Assembly (NCBI GenBank): GCA_963747775.1
Contig: CAVVGT010000014.1
Coordinates: 182,684-246,683 of the forward strand
Direction: 5' to 3'
Length of the DNA stretch: 64,000 nucleotides
Origin: an uncultured beta proteobacterium
GTDB taxonomy: Bacteria > Pseudomonadota > Gammaproteobacteria > Burkholderiales > SG8-39
Part shown: piece after piece, positions 38,790 through 48,187 of the stretch
Layout: each line of letters begins with the position of its first letter
Numbering within the stretch: position 1 is the first letter of the stretch
Program-made: the position numbers and the translations under genes
The notes under the pieces: model-generated
Told to the model about the DNA's origin: nothing
Seen by the model: the letters and a program-made list of their open reading frames with translations, nothing else
Databases searched by the model: none

Positions 38790-40105
38790 TCAGACGGCCG
38801 GCAATACCGTCCCCCGGCACTCACCGAAGCCGATGCGCTTGAAGCCGGGCTTCTCGCACCAGCCGCGCAGGATCACCGCATCGCCGTCCTGAAGGAACGT
38901 GCGCGTCTCGCCGTGCGGCAGCGCGATCGGCCGCTTGCCCGCGTCGGACAGCTCGAGCAGCGAGCCGGCCTCCTCGGGCGTTGGGCCCGACTGCGTGCCG
39001 GTGCCGAGCAGGTCGCCCGGCTGGAGATTGCAGCCGTTCACGGTGTGATGCGTCACCAGCTGCGCGACGGTCCAGTAAGCGTGGCGCAGGCTCGATTGCG
39101 AGAGACGGGCGGGGCCGCTGCGCGCGGCGCGCATCCTTTCCGTCTCCAGCCACACTTCGAGCTGCACGTCGAACGCGCCCCGCCCGCGGTTCTCCGCCGA
39201 ATCGAGATAGGGCAGCGGCTGCGGATCGTCGACCGGGCGCGTCCACTCGGTGCGGTACGGCGCGAGCGCCTCGAGCGTCACGATCCACGGCGAGATGGTG
39301 GTCGCGAAGCTCTTCGCGAGGAACGGACCGAGCGGCTGGTACTCCCAGCCCTGGATGTCGCGCGCCGACCAGTCGTTGAGCAGGCACAGGCCGAACACGT
39401 GCGCCTCGGCGTCGGCGAGCGGGACGCGCTGGCCGAGCTCGTTGCCGACGCCGACGTAGACGCCGACCTCCAGCTCGTAGTCGAGACGCCGGGACGGGCC
39501 GAAGACCGGCGTCTGCGCGTCCTTCGGCAACGTCTGGCCAACGGGGCGCGGGAAGGCCTGCGCCGCTCACGCCGATCGAGGAGGCGCGGCCGTGATAGCC
39601 GATCGGCACCCACTTGTAGTTGGGCAGCAGCGGATTGTCGGGCCGGAAGAGCTTGCCGACGGTCGTGGCGTGGTACATCGACGCGTAGAAGTCGGTGTAG
39701 TCGCCGATCGCCGCCGGCACCGCGTGCTCGGCGTGCGCCTGCGGCACGAGGCACGCCGTGAGCTTTCCCTGCATCGGGCTGCCTTCGCGCAGCGCGCGCG
39801 AGAGCGCGAGGCGCAGCGCGGACCAGGCCGCCGGCCCCATCGCCATGAAGCGCGTTCAGCGTCTGACCGGAACAGTGCGCCGCCGGGGACGCTGCGTCGC
39901 CCGAGAACGCGCCGGCCTTGTGCGCGGCGGCGATGTCGAGGATCTGATCGCCGATCGCTACCCCGCCGCGAAACGGTTCGTTCTTCCCCTCGCGACGGAA
40001 GATGCCGAACGGCAGGTTCTGGATCGGGAAGTCGGTGCCGCCCGAGCTGGCCGACTCGACCCAGCTGGCGAGCGCCCGGTCGTGCGTCTCGTTGATCTCG
40101 TGCAT
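38790..40105 (-). pseudogene. fahA: Fumarylacetoacetase, 2 frame changes
   Basis: The N-terminus [36 protein letters not shown] is in ORF 39278..40105. The middle GDYTDFYASMYHATTVGKLFRPDNPLLPNYKWVPIGYHGRASS is in ORF 38821..39846. The C-terminal 246 aa are in ORF 38790..39530. The shifts are near 39860 and 39550. Confidence 0.8.
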
Positions 40106-40108
40106 GGA

Positions 40109-41461
40109 CTATGGCTTTCGCGGGTCGAAGTGTTTCGCGAGCCCTTGCCAGCAGGTGTAGTAGTCCTGCTGCAGCTCAGCGGCCTCGAGCGCGAACCGGG
40201 TCGGCCGGATCGGCAGGCGCGTCTCGAACATGAAGGCCATGGTGTCCTGGACGTAATGCGGCTTGGAGGTGTCGGCGCGCGATCGCCTTCTCGAAGGTCT
40301 CGGCGTCGGGGCCGTGGCCGGTCATGCAGTTGTGCAGGCTCGCGCCGCCGGGCACGAAGCCCTCGGCCTTCGCGTCGTAGACGCCGTGGATCAGCCCCAT
40401 GAACTCGCTCGCGACGTTGCGGTGGAACCACGGCGGCCGGAACGTGTCCTGCATCGCGAGGATGCGCGGCGGGAAGATCACGAAGTCGATCATGTCGACC
40501 GCCGGGCGTGTCCGACTGCGACTGCAGCACGAGGAAGATCGACGGATCGGGATGGTCGTAGCTGATCGAGCCGATCACGTTGAAGCGGCGCAGGTCGTAC
40601 TTGTACGGCGCGAAGTTGCCGTGCCACGCGACGACGTCGCAGCGGCGAGTGGCCGATCTCGCGGCCCACAGGTTGCCGAGGAACTTGTTGACGAGCTCGA
40701 AGCGCCCTTCGCGGTCCTCGTATGCGGCGACCGGGTACATGAAGTCGCGCGGATTGGCGAGGCCGTTCGAGCCGATCGCGCCCAGGTCGGGGAGGCGCAG
40801 GTACGCGCCGAAGTTCTCGCAGACGTAGCCGCGCGCCTGGCCATCCGGCAGCTCGACGCGGAAGCGCACGCCGCGCGGGATGACGAGCGATTTCCTGCGG
40901 CTCCACCTCGAGCACGCCCAGTCTCGGTGATCGCGCGCAGGCGCCCGAGCTGCGGCACGATCAGCAGCTCGCCGTCGGCGTCGACGAAGTACCGGTCGGT
41001 CATCGAGCGTTCGCGGCATAGAGGTGGATCGCGCAGCCGGTCATCGCATCGGGTGCGCCCTTGCCGGCCATCGTGACCAGGCCGTCGACGAAATCGGTCG
41101 GCTGCGACGGGATCGGCAGCGGGCTCCAGCGCAGCTGGTTCGGCGTCGCGACCGCGGCGCCGAACTCGTTCGTCATCCGGCCGTTCTCGATGCGGCGGAA
41201 CGGCTTGTGCACCGCGCCGGGACGGATGCGGTACATCCAGGTGCGGCGGTTCGCGCCGCGCGGCGCGGTGAACGCGGTGCCCGAGAGCTGCTCGGCGTAC
41301 AGACCGTACGGACACCGCTGCGGCGAGTTCCGGCCGACCGGCAGCGCGCCCGGCAGCGCCTCGGTGGCGAACTCGTTGTCGAAGCCCGTGAGATACGCGA
41401 GCGGCGCGGGAGCGGCCTTTGCCTTGGTCGCCGCGGGCTCGGCCTGGGTGGTTGCAGCCAT
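40109..41461 (-). pseudogene. hmgA: Homogentisate 1,2-dioxygenase, at least 6 frame changes
   Basis: Fragments alternate between frames: [147 protein letters not shown], and the C-terminal YYTCWQGL piece. Confidence 0.8.
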
Positions 41462-41541
41462 GGGAGTCTCCGAGAGGGTCGTACGCGTTCGAGCCCATGG
41501 TACCGCGGCGGGTCGGCCGCGTGCAGCCGCGACGACGTCGA

Positions 41542-43445
41542 CTACAGCGTGAGCTGCGTCCCGAGCTCGATCACGCGATCGGGCGGCAGGTTGTAGTACT
41601 CGACGGCGCTCGGGCTGTTGCGCTGCATCCAGCGGAACAGCTCCGCGCCGCCAGGTGAACAGCCCGGGGCGCTCGGCGCGCGCGATGCGTGGACTTGCCG
41701 AGGAAGAACGTCGTTTCGTCGCGCTCGAACCGCGAGCCCGTGCCGGGCGAGCAGCGCGAGCGCGCGCGGAACGTCCGGCTCCTCCATGAAGCCGTAGGCG
41801 ACCGTCGCCTGGTAGGCGCGCTTGCGGATGATCACGTGCACCTCGGTGCGCTCGGCGTCGGGTACCCGCGGCACGTCGGCCGTGGCCAGGGTGAGGAAGA
41901 CGACGCGCTCGTGCACGACCTTGTTGTGCTTCAGGTTGTGCAGCATCGTCGTCGGCACCGCGTCGGTGCTCGGCGGAGAGAAAGACCGCGGTGCCCGGCA
42001 CCGTGGCCACGTCGCCGAGGTGCTCGAAGAAGCCCGCGATCGGGATATTCTTGCTGCGCGGCATGGTCGTTGAGGATGTCGGTCGCGCGCTTCCAGGTGG
42101 AGAGGAGGGTGAAGATCGCGAGCCCGCACAGGATCGGGAACCAGCCGCCGGCGAGGATCTTGGTGGCGTTGGACGCGAAGAAGGTCAGCTCGACGAGGGC
42201 GACGAGGGCGAGCATCGCGAGCACGACACCCTTCAGCCGCCCGGGCAGCGCGAACACCACGATCGCGACGAGCGAGGTCTCGAGCACCATCGTCGCCGAC
42301 ACCGCGATGCCGTACGCCGCCGCGAGATTGCTCGACGAGCCGAAGCCGACCACGAGCAGCACGACCAGCACCATCAGCAGCCAGTTGACCCGGCCGATGT
42401 AGATCTGGCCGCGCTCGGTCTCGGAGGTGTGCGTCACCGGGATGCGCGGCAGGTAGCCGAGGCGCGAGGCCTGCTGCGTGACCGAGAACGCGCCGGAGAT
42501 GGTCGCCTGCGACGCGATGACCGTCGCCGCGGTCGCGAGCGCGACCAGCGGCAGCACCAGCTCGGGCGGCGCGAGCAGGTAGAACGGGTTCTTGACCGCC
42601 TCGGGATCGCGCAGCACCAGCGCACCCTGGCCGAGGTAGTTCAGCATCAGCGCCGGCAGGACCAGCCCGAACCAGGCGACGCGGATCGGCAGCGGTCCGA
42701 AGTGCCCCATGTCCGCATACAGCGCCTCGCCGCCGGTGAGCGTCAGGAACACCGCACCGAGCGCGAGGAAAGCGAGTCCGGGCGATCGGTACGCGAACGC
42801 CACCGCATGGCTCGGGTCGAGCGCGGCCACGATGTCCGGGGTCTTCGCGATGCTGGCGAGCCCGAGCGCCGCGAGCGTGAGGAACCAGACGACGGTGATC
42901 GGGCCGAACAGCTTCCCGACCTTCCCGGTGCCGTGCTGCTGGATGGCGAACAGTGCGACGATGATCCCGAGGGTGATCGGCACGACCCACCTCTCGAGCG
43001 CAGGGGTCGCCACCGACAGGCCTTCCACCGCGGAGAGCACCGAGATCGCGGGCGTGATCACCGCGTCGCCGTAGAAGAGCGATGCCGCGAACACCGCGAT
43101 GACGCCCGCCGTCCACTGCAGCCGGGGCTTCGCCCTGAACAGACGCTGCGCGAAGGCGAGCAGCGCGAGCACTCCGCCTTCGCCCTTGTTGTCGAAGCGG
43201 AGCACGAAGGTGATGTACTTCAGCGACACGATCAGCGTCACCGACCAGAAGATCAGCGACAGCACGCCGTAGACGTGGGCTACGGTGATCGGAAGCGGGT
43301 GGGCGCCGGCGAACGCCTCCTTGAATGCGTACAACGGGCTCGTGCCGATGTCGCCGAAGACGACGCCCAGCGCACCGAGCGTCAGCGCTCCGATGCGCCT
43401 CGCGCCCGACTTGCCGGCGCTCATCGAAGCAGAATATGCGGCCAA
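41542..43445 (-). pseudogene. kup: KUP/HAK/KT potassium uptake transporter, at least 4 frame changes in the C-terminal third
   Basis: The N-terminal ~455 aa are intact in ORF 41931..43445 (GVVFGDIGTSPLYAFKE..., TGGEALYADMGHFG), with a TTG start after GGGAGG. After that, [50 protein letters not shown] and [32 protein letters not shown] alternate between two frames. Confidence 0.8.
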
Positions 43446-43544
43446 CCGAGCCTCCCTGAAAGCGCGTCGCTGCAGTGCAGCATTCTACGCTCGCTGCGTC
43501 GTGGCGCGCCGCACGCGCAAATGTCGAGGCCGGCCGATCGTCGA

Positions 43545-44083
43545 CTAGATGCGACTCTTCGCGATGCGCGCCCGCACGCGTCCGCCGTCGGCGATCGCGA
43601 GGATCACCACGATCTCGTCGGGGCGCGGTGCGTCCGCGATCATGGCCGTCAGCGTGTCCAGCTCGTCGAACGACCAGATGTTGTCCTTGTGGTTGAGTGG
43701 GACATCGATCGGCGCGCCCGCGGTCGCGACCTTGACGTTGGAGGCGATGATCGCCTCGCCCCTCCGACCGCGGCGCGCATCGGCTTGCCGAGCTTCGGAT
43801 GCAGCACGGCCGCGCCGTGCTCCATCTCGCCGTTCACGCCGACGATCGCGGCCTTGCCGTAGCTCACCGCAGGGCCCCCGAGCAGCGCCACCAGCTCGGG
43901 CATCAGGCGCTCGGCGAGCGCCGCGCCGAGGTCGTACAGCGGCTCGAGGTCCGCCACGTTCTTGCCGGCGTAGGGGTTCGGGATCACGGCGAGTGCGGCG
44001 GCGCGGTGGACCGGGCGAGCGCCGGCGACGCCGCCCTCGCCGTATAGCGTCTCGCGCCAGAAGACGGTCTTTCTGCAGTCCAT
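43545..44083 (-). pseudogene. Amino-acid-synthesis (PF06684/DUF1185-like) family protein, 1 frame change
   Basis: The N-terminal part MDCRKTVFWRETLYGEGG...AIVGVNGEMEHGAAVLHPKLGKPMRAAVGG is in one frame. The C-terminal part AIIASNVKVATAGAPIDVPLNHKDNIWSFDELDTLT... is in ORF 43545..44102. The shift is near 43770. Confidence 0.6.
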
Positions 44084-44109
44084 GAGGAGCTCCCCTCGAC
44101 AAACCCGCG

Positions 44110-44124
44110 CGAGTGTACTGCGGC
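44110..44124 (-). promoter_or_regulatory. Copy 1 of shared 15-nt element GCCGCAGTACACTCG (contains a TACACT -10-like hexamer)
   Basis: Exactly 26 nt separate it from the ATG at 44083. An identical 15-mer sits at the identical spacing upstream of phhB. Confidence 0.35.
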
Positions 44125-44182
44125 GTCTCTCCCCGCGGTCGCGGTATCCTCGCGCCTCCGCCAACTCACCTCGTCGATACCC

Positions 44183-45523
44183 ATGTGGACAGTACGCCGC
44201 CTCGCCCAGGATCTCGCCGCCGGGCGCACCACGAGTCGCCAGCTCGTCGAGACCGCGCTCGAGCGCATCGCCGATCCGAAGGGGGAGGGCGGGCGCGCAT
44301 TCCTCAAGGTGTACGCGGACACGGCGCGCGCCGATGCCGAACACGCGGACGCGCTGCGCCGCGCGGGCGTGGCGCGCTCTCCGATCGACGGTCTGCCGAT
44401 ATCGGTGAAGGATCTCTACGACGTCGCGGGCGACGTGACCCGCGCGGGATCGAAGGTGCTCGAGCTGCGGCCGGCGGCGGACGCGCCCGCGGTGGCGCGG
44501 CTGCGCGCGGCCGGCGCGATCCTCATCGGCCGCACCAACATGGTCGAGTTCGCGTTCGGCGGTCTCGGCCTCAACCCGCACTACGGCACGCCGCGCGGTC
44601 CATGGGATCGGACGACCGGTCGCGTACCCGGCGGCTCGTCGTCCGGCGCGGGCGTCGCGCAGGCCGACGGCATGTGCGTGATGGCGCTCGGCAGCGACAC
44701 GCGCGGCTCGGTGCGCATCCCGGCGGCGCTGTGCGGCGTGACCGGATGGAAGCCGACCGCTGCCCGCATTCCGCGCGACGGCGCCTTCCCGCTCTCGTAC
44801 ACGCTCGATTCGGTGGGGCCGCTCGCGAACTCGGTCGAATGCTGCGCGGCGTACGACGTGGTGCTTGCCGGGGAGCCGCCTGAGCCGCTGCCCGCCATGC
44901 CCGCGCGCCTGTTGCGGTTCGTCGTGCCGAAGTCGAGCCTGCTCGAAGGGTTGCACGAGCGCGTGGGACGCGCGTTCGAACGCGCGCTCGAGGCACTGTC
45001 GAAGACGGGTGCGAGGGTCGAGACGATCGATGCGCCGGTGTTCACGCGCGCGCAGGACCTCTTTCGCAGCGGCGGCCTGGCGGGCGCGGAAAGCTGGCAT
45101 CTGCACCGCGGCCGCCGCGACCGCTTCGGCGAGCTGGATCCGCGCGTCGCGCAGCGGCTCGTGCTGGGCGAGACGTTCTCCGCGGCCGACTACATCGAGA
45201 TCCTGCACGAGCGCGCGGCGACGATTCGCGAAGCGGACGCGCTCGTCGCGCCCTACGACGCAATGCTTTATCCGACGGTGGCGGTAATCCCGCCGACGAT
45301 CGCCGAAGCGTCGGTGACCGACGAGGCCTACTTCGACTGGAACCTGAAGGTGCTGCGCAACACCGGCATCGCGAACGTGCTCGACGGCTGCGCCGCCACG
45401 ATTCCGTGCCACCGGCCGGGCGAAGCACCGGTCGGGATCACGATCGCCGGGATCGGCGGCAGCGACCGCAGGACGCTCGCAGTTGCCACGGCGGTGCAGG
45501 CGGTCGTCGAGCCCTGGCGCTGA
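44183..45523 (+). CDS. Amidase (amidase-signature family)
   Basis: 446-aa intact ORF with GLPISVKDL and the Gly/Ser-rich block VPGGSSSGAGVA. Confidence 0.85.
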   Translation: MWTVRRLAQDLAAGRTTSRQLVETALERIADPKGEGGRAFLKVYADTARADAEHADALRRAGVARSPIDGLPISVKDLYDVAGDVTRAGSKVLELRPAADAPAVARLRAAGAILIGRTNMVEFAFGGLGLNPHYGTPRGPWDRTTGRVPGGSSSGAGVAQADGMCVMALGSDTRGSVRIPAALCGVTGWKPTAARIPRDGAFPLSYTLDSVGPLANSVECCAAYDVVLAGEPPEPLPAMPARLLRFVVPKSSLLEGLHERVGRAFERALEALSKTGARVETIDAPVFTRAQDLFRSGGLAGAESWHLHRGRRDRFGELDPRVAQRLVLGETFSAADYIEILHERAATIREADALVAPYDAMLYPTVAVIPPTIAEASVTDEAYFDWNLKVLRNTGIANVLDGCAATIPCHRPGEAPVGITIAGIGGSDRRTLAVATAVQAVVEPWR

Positions 45524-45527
45524 GCGG

Positions 45528-45821
45528 CTAGCGCACCAGGCCCTCGATCGTCTCGGCGAGCTTCACGTCGCGCGCCGAGAGCACGCCGGCGTCGTGCGTC
45601 GAGAGCGTGATCTCGACGCGATTCCACACGTTGAACCACTCGGGGTGGTGATCCTGCTTCTCCGCGGCGAGCGCGACGCGGCACATGAACCCCCACGCCT
45701 CGTTGAAGTCGGGGAACTAGAACTTCTTAGCGATCGCCGAGCGGCCGTCCACGTGGCTCCAGCCGGATAGCTTCGCGAGGGCAGCGACGATCTCCTGATC
45801 GGATAGCTTGGCGAGGGACAT
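45528..45821 (-). pseudogene. phhB: Pterin-4a-carbinolamine dehydratase with an in-frame TAG
   Basis: The 97-codon frame reads [99 protein letters not shown]. The stop is at 45717-45719 and there is no frameshift. AGGAG lies 6 nt upstream of the ATG. Confidence 0.8.
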
Positions 45822-45847
45822 GGCGATGCTCCTTTCGACCCGAGCAA

Positions 45848-45862
45848 CGAGTGTACTGCGGC
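45848..45862 (-). promoter_or_regulatory. Copy 2 of shared 15-nt element GCCGCAGTACACTCG
   Basis: Exactly 26 nt separate it from the phhB ATG at 45821. It lies in the divergent region shared with the arginase-OAT gene. Confidence 0.35.
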
Positions 45863-45934
45863 CGCTCGCGGCGCCGCTGCACTGCAATGCCGCGACCTTT
45901 CGCACACCGCCACCGGGCTTCGCCGAACGCCGGC

Positions 45935-48079
45935 ATGCCGCTTGCAATCCAACGGGACATGAACGTCCGTGATCTCCTTCACGTGCCCGTCGCGGCCGCA
46001 CCGCAGCAGGCCGTGCGCCCCGTCCGGATCCTCGGCGTAGCGAGCGGCCTCGGTGCAGAGTCGTCGGGCTGTGCCGACGGTCCGGCACGGCTCCGGCTTG
46101 CCGGCGTGGACGCATTTCTTGCCGCGCGCGGGCTCGCCGCCGAGTGGGGCGACACGCTGCACCCCGACGCGGCGCCGGACGAGCCGGTTGCGGAGGCCGT
46201 CTGCCGGCTATGCGCGCGTCTCGCGCGCGCGGTGACGGACGCGCTGCGCACGGGCGCTGCGCCGCTCGTGCTCGGCGGCGACCACAGTTGCGCGATGGGG
46301 ACCTGGCACGGCGTGGCAGAGGCGGCCCGCGGGCCCGTCGGGCTGCTGTGGATCGATGCGCACCTCGACGCGCACACGCCCGAGACGAGCCACACGGGGC
46401 GGCTGCACGGCATGCCGCTCGCCGCGCTGCTCGGACAGGGTGGCGCCGCGCTTTGCGTCGAGCGCGCGGTGCTCGCGCCGGAGCACGTGTGCGTGATCGG
46501 CGTGCGCAGCTTCGAGCCCGAGGAGGCCGCGCTGCTGGCCGCTCTCGGCGTGCGCGTATACCCGATGCGCGAGATCGCACGGCGCGGCCTGGAGAAAGTG
46601 CTGGACGAGGCGCTCGCGCGCGTGCGGCGCGGGACCGTCGGCTATGGCGTCACGCTGGATCTCGACGCGATCGATCCGGCGGACGCACCCGGTGTGACGA
46701 CGCCGACCCCGCGCGGCTTGCGTGCGGCGACGCTCATTCCGGCGCTCGACGCACTGGTGCGGGACGCGCCGCCGCTCGCCGTCGAGATCGTCGAATACGA
46801 CCCCCACTGCGACGCCGGCGGGTCGACCGCTCAGCTCGTCGAGCAGGCGGCCGCGGTCCTGCTTGGAGCCGGTGCGGCGTCGACGCCGCTCGCGATCGCG
46901 CTCGAGCGGCGGCACAGCGCGGCGAACTACGCGCCGCTGCCGGTCGTCCTGGTGCGCGGCGAAGGTGTGCACGTCTGGGACGAGGCAGGCCGGCGCTACC
47001 TCGACTGCATGTCGGCGTACTCCGCCGTGAGCCTCGGCCACGCACATCCGCGCATCGTGCGCGCGCTGACCACCCAGGCGGGTCGACTCGCGGTGACCTC
47101 GCGCGCCTATTACAACGACCGGCTGCCCGCATTTCTCGCGCGGCTCTGCCGGCTCACCGGCATGGATCGGGCTCTGCCGGTGAATACCGGCCTTGAAGCG
47201 GTCGAGACCGCGCTCAAGGCGGCGCGCAAGTGGGCGTACGAGGTGAAGCGCGTGCCGCACGATTGCGCCGAGATCATTGCGTGCGAAGGCAACTTCCACG
47301 GGCGCTCGATCGCGATCACCGGCCTGTCGTCGGAGGCGCAGTATCGGCAGGGGTTCGGCCCGTTTCCGCCGGGGCTCCGGTTGGTGCCGTACGGCGACGT
47401 CGCGGCGCTCGAGCGCGCCATTACACCGCACACCGCCGCATTCCTCGTCGAGCCGATCCAGGGCGAACGCGGCATCGTCGTACCCCCGGCCGGCTATCTG
47501 GACGCGTGCGCGCGATTGTGCCGCGAGCGCGATGTCCTGTTTATCGCCGACGAGGTTCAGACCGGCCTCGGCCGCACCGGCCGGCTGCTCGCGTGCGACC
47601 ACGAAGGCGTGCGGCCGGACGGGCTGGTGCTGGGTAAGGCGCTCGGCGGCGGGCTGCTGCCGGTGTCGGCATTCCTCGCGAGCGAGGACGTCATGCGCGT
47701 GTTCCGGCCGGGCGATCACGGCAGCACGTTCGGCGGCAATCCGCTCGCGGCTGCGGTCGGACTCGAGACGCTCAACGTCCTGGTCGACGAGCGCTTGTCC
47801 GAACGGGCCGCGGAGCTCGGCGCGCGGCTCATGTCCGGACTCGCCGCGATCGCGAGCCCGTTCGTGCAGGACGTCCGCGGCAAGGGACTGCTCGTCGGCG
47901 TCGAGATCGACCCCGCGCGCGCCAGCGCCCGGCGCGTCGTGGACGGCCTCCTCGCGCGCGGCGTCCTGTCGAAAGACACCCACGGCACCGTGGTGCGCTT
48001 CGCCCCGCCGCTCGTGATCGAACCGGAAGAGGTCGATGCGGCGGTCGAGGCGTTGCGCGAGGCGCTCGCGGAGATCTAA
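45935..48079 (+). CDS. Fusion protein: arginase/ureohydrolase-family domain + ornithine (class III) aminotransferase domain
   Basis: One uninterrupted frame. The N-terminal ~300 aa carry the ureohydrolase metal motifs LGGDHS, IDAHLDAH and TLDLDAIDP. From about 46890 the sequence is a full OAT-like domain (NYAPLPVVLVRGEGVHVWDEAGRRYLDCMSAYSAVSLGH, FIADEVQTGLGRTG, LGKALGGG, HGSTFGGNP). No stop or in-frame start+RBS sits at the junction. The start is ambiguous (45935 or 45959). Confidence 0.75.
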   Translation: MPLAIQRDMNVRDLLHVPVAAAPQQAVRPVRILGVASGLGAESSGCADGPARLRLAGVDAFLAARGLAAEWGDTLHPDAAPDEPVAEAVCRLCARLARAVTDALRTGAAPLVLGGDHSCAMGTWHGVAEAARGPVGLLWIDAHLDAHTPETSHTGRLHGMPLAALLGQGGAALCVERAVLAPEHVCVIGVRSFEPEEAALLAALGVRVYPMREIARRGLEKVLDEALARVRRGTVGYGVTLDLDAIDPADAPGVTTPTPRGLRAATLIPALDALVRDAPPLAVEIVEYDPHCDAGGSTAQLVEQAAAVLLGAGAASTPLAIALERRHSAANYAPLPVVLVRGEGVHVWDEAGRRYLDCMSAYSAVSLGHAHPRIVRALTTQAGRLAVTSRAYYNDRLPAFLARLCRLTGMDRALPVNTGLEAVETALKAARKWAYEVKRVPHDCAEIIACEGNFHGRSIAITGLSSEAQYRQGFGPFPPGLRLVPYGDVAALERAITPHTAAFLVEPIQGERGIVVPPAGYLDACARLCRERDVLFIADEVQTGLGRTGRLLACDHEGVRPDGLVLGKALGGGLLPVSAFLASEDVMRVFRPGDHGSTFGGNPLAAAVGLETLNVLVDERLSERAAELGARLMSGLAAIASPFVQDVRGKGLLVGVEIDPARASARRVVDGLLARGVLSKDTHGTVVRFAPPLVIEPEEVDAAVEALREALAEI

Positions 48080-48187
48080 CGCGCAAGTTAGTTTTCACAA
48101 TACGAGGGGCAACGCCACTGGCGCCCACTCGTGCTCCCCGAGATCAGGAAAAGCGCGGCCCCGCGGCAGCGGTTTACTCGGCGGGCC

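Noticed and set aside
45717-45719. The in-frame TAG in phhB as pyrrolysine or programmed read-through.
   Set aside because: No supporting context is visible. There are no pyl genes and no special downstream structure. A simple nonsense substitution is the economical reading.
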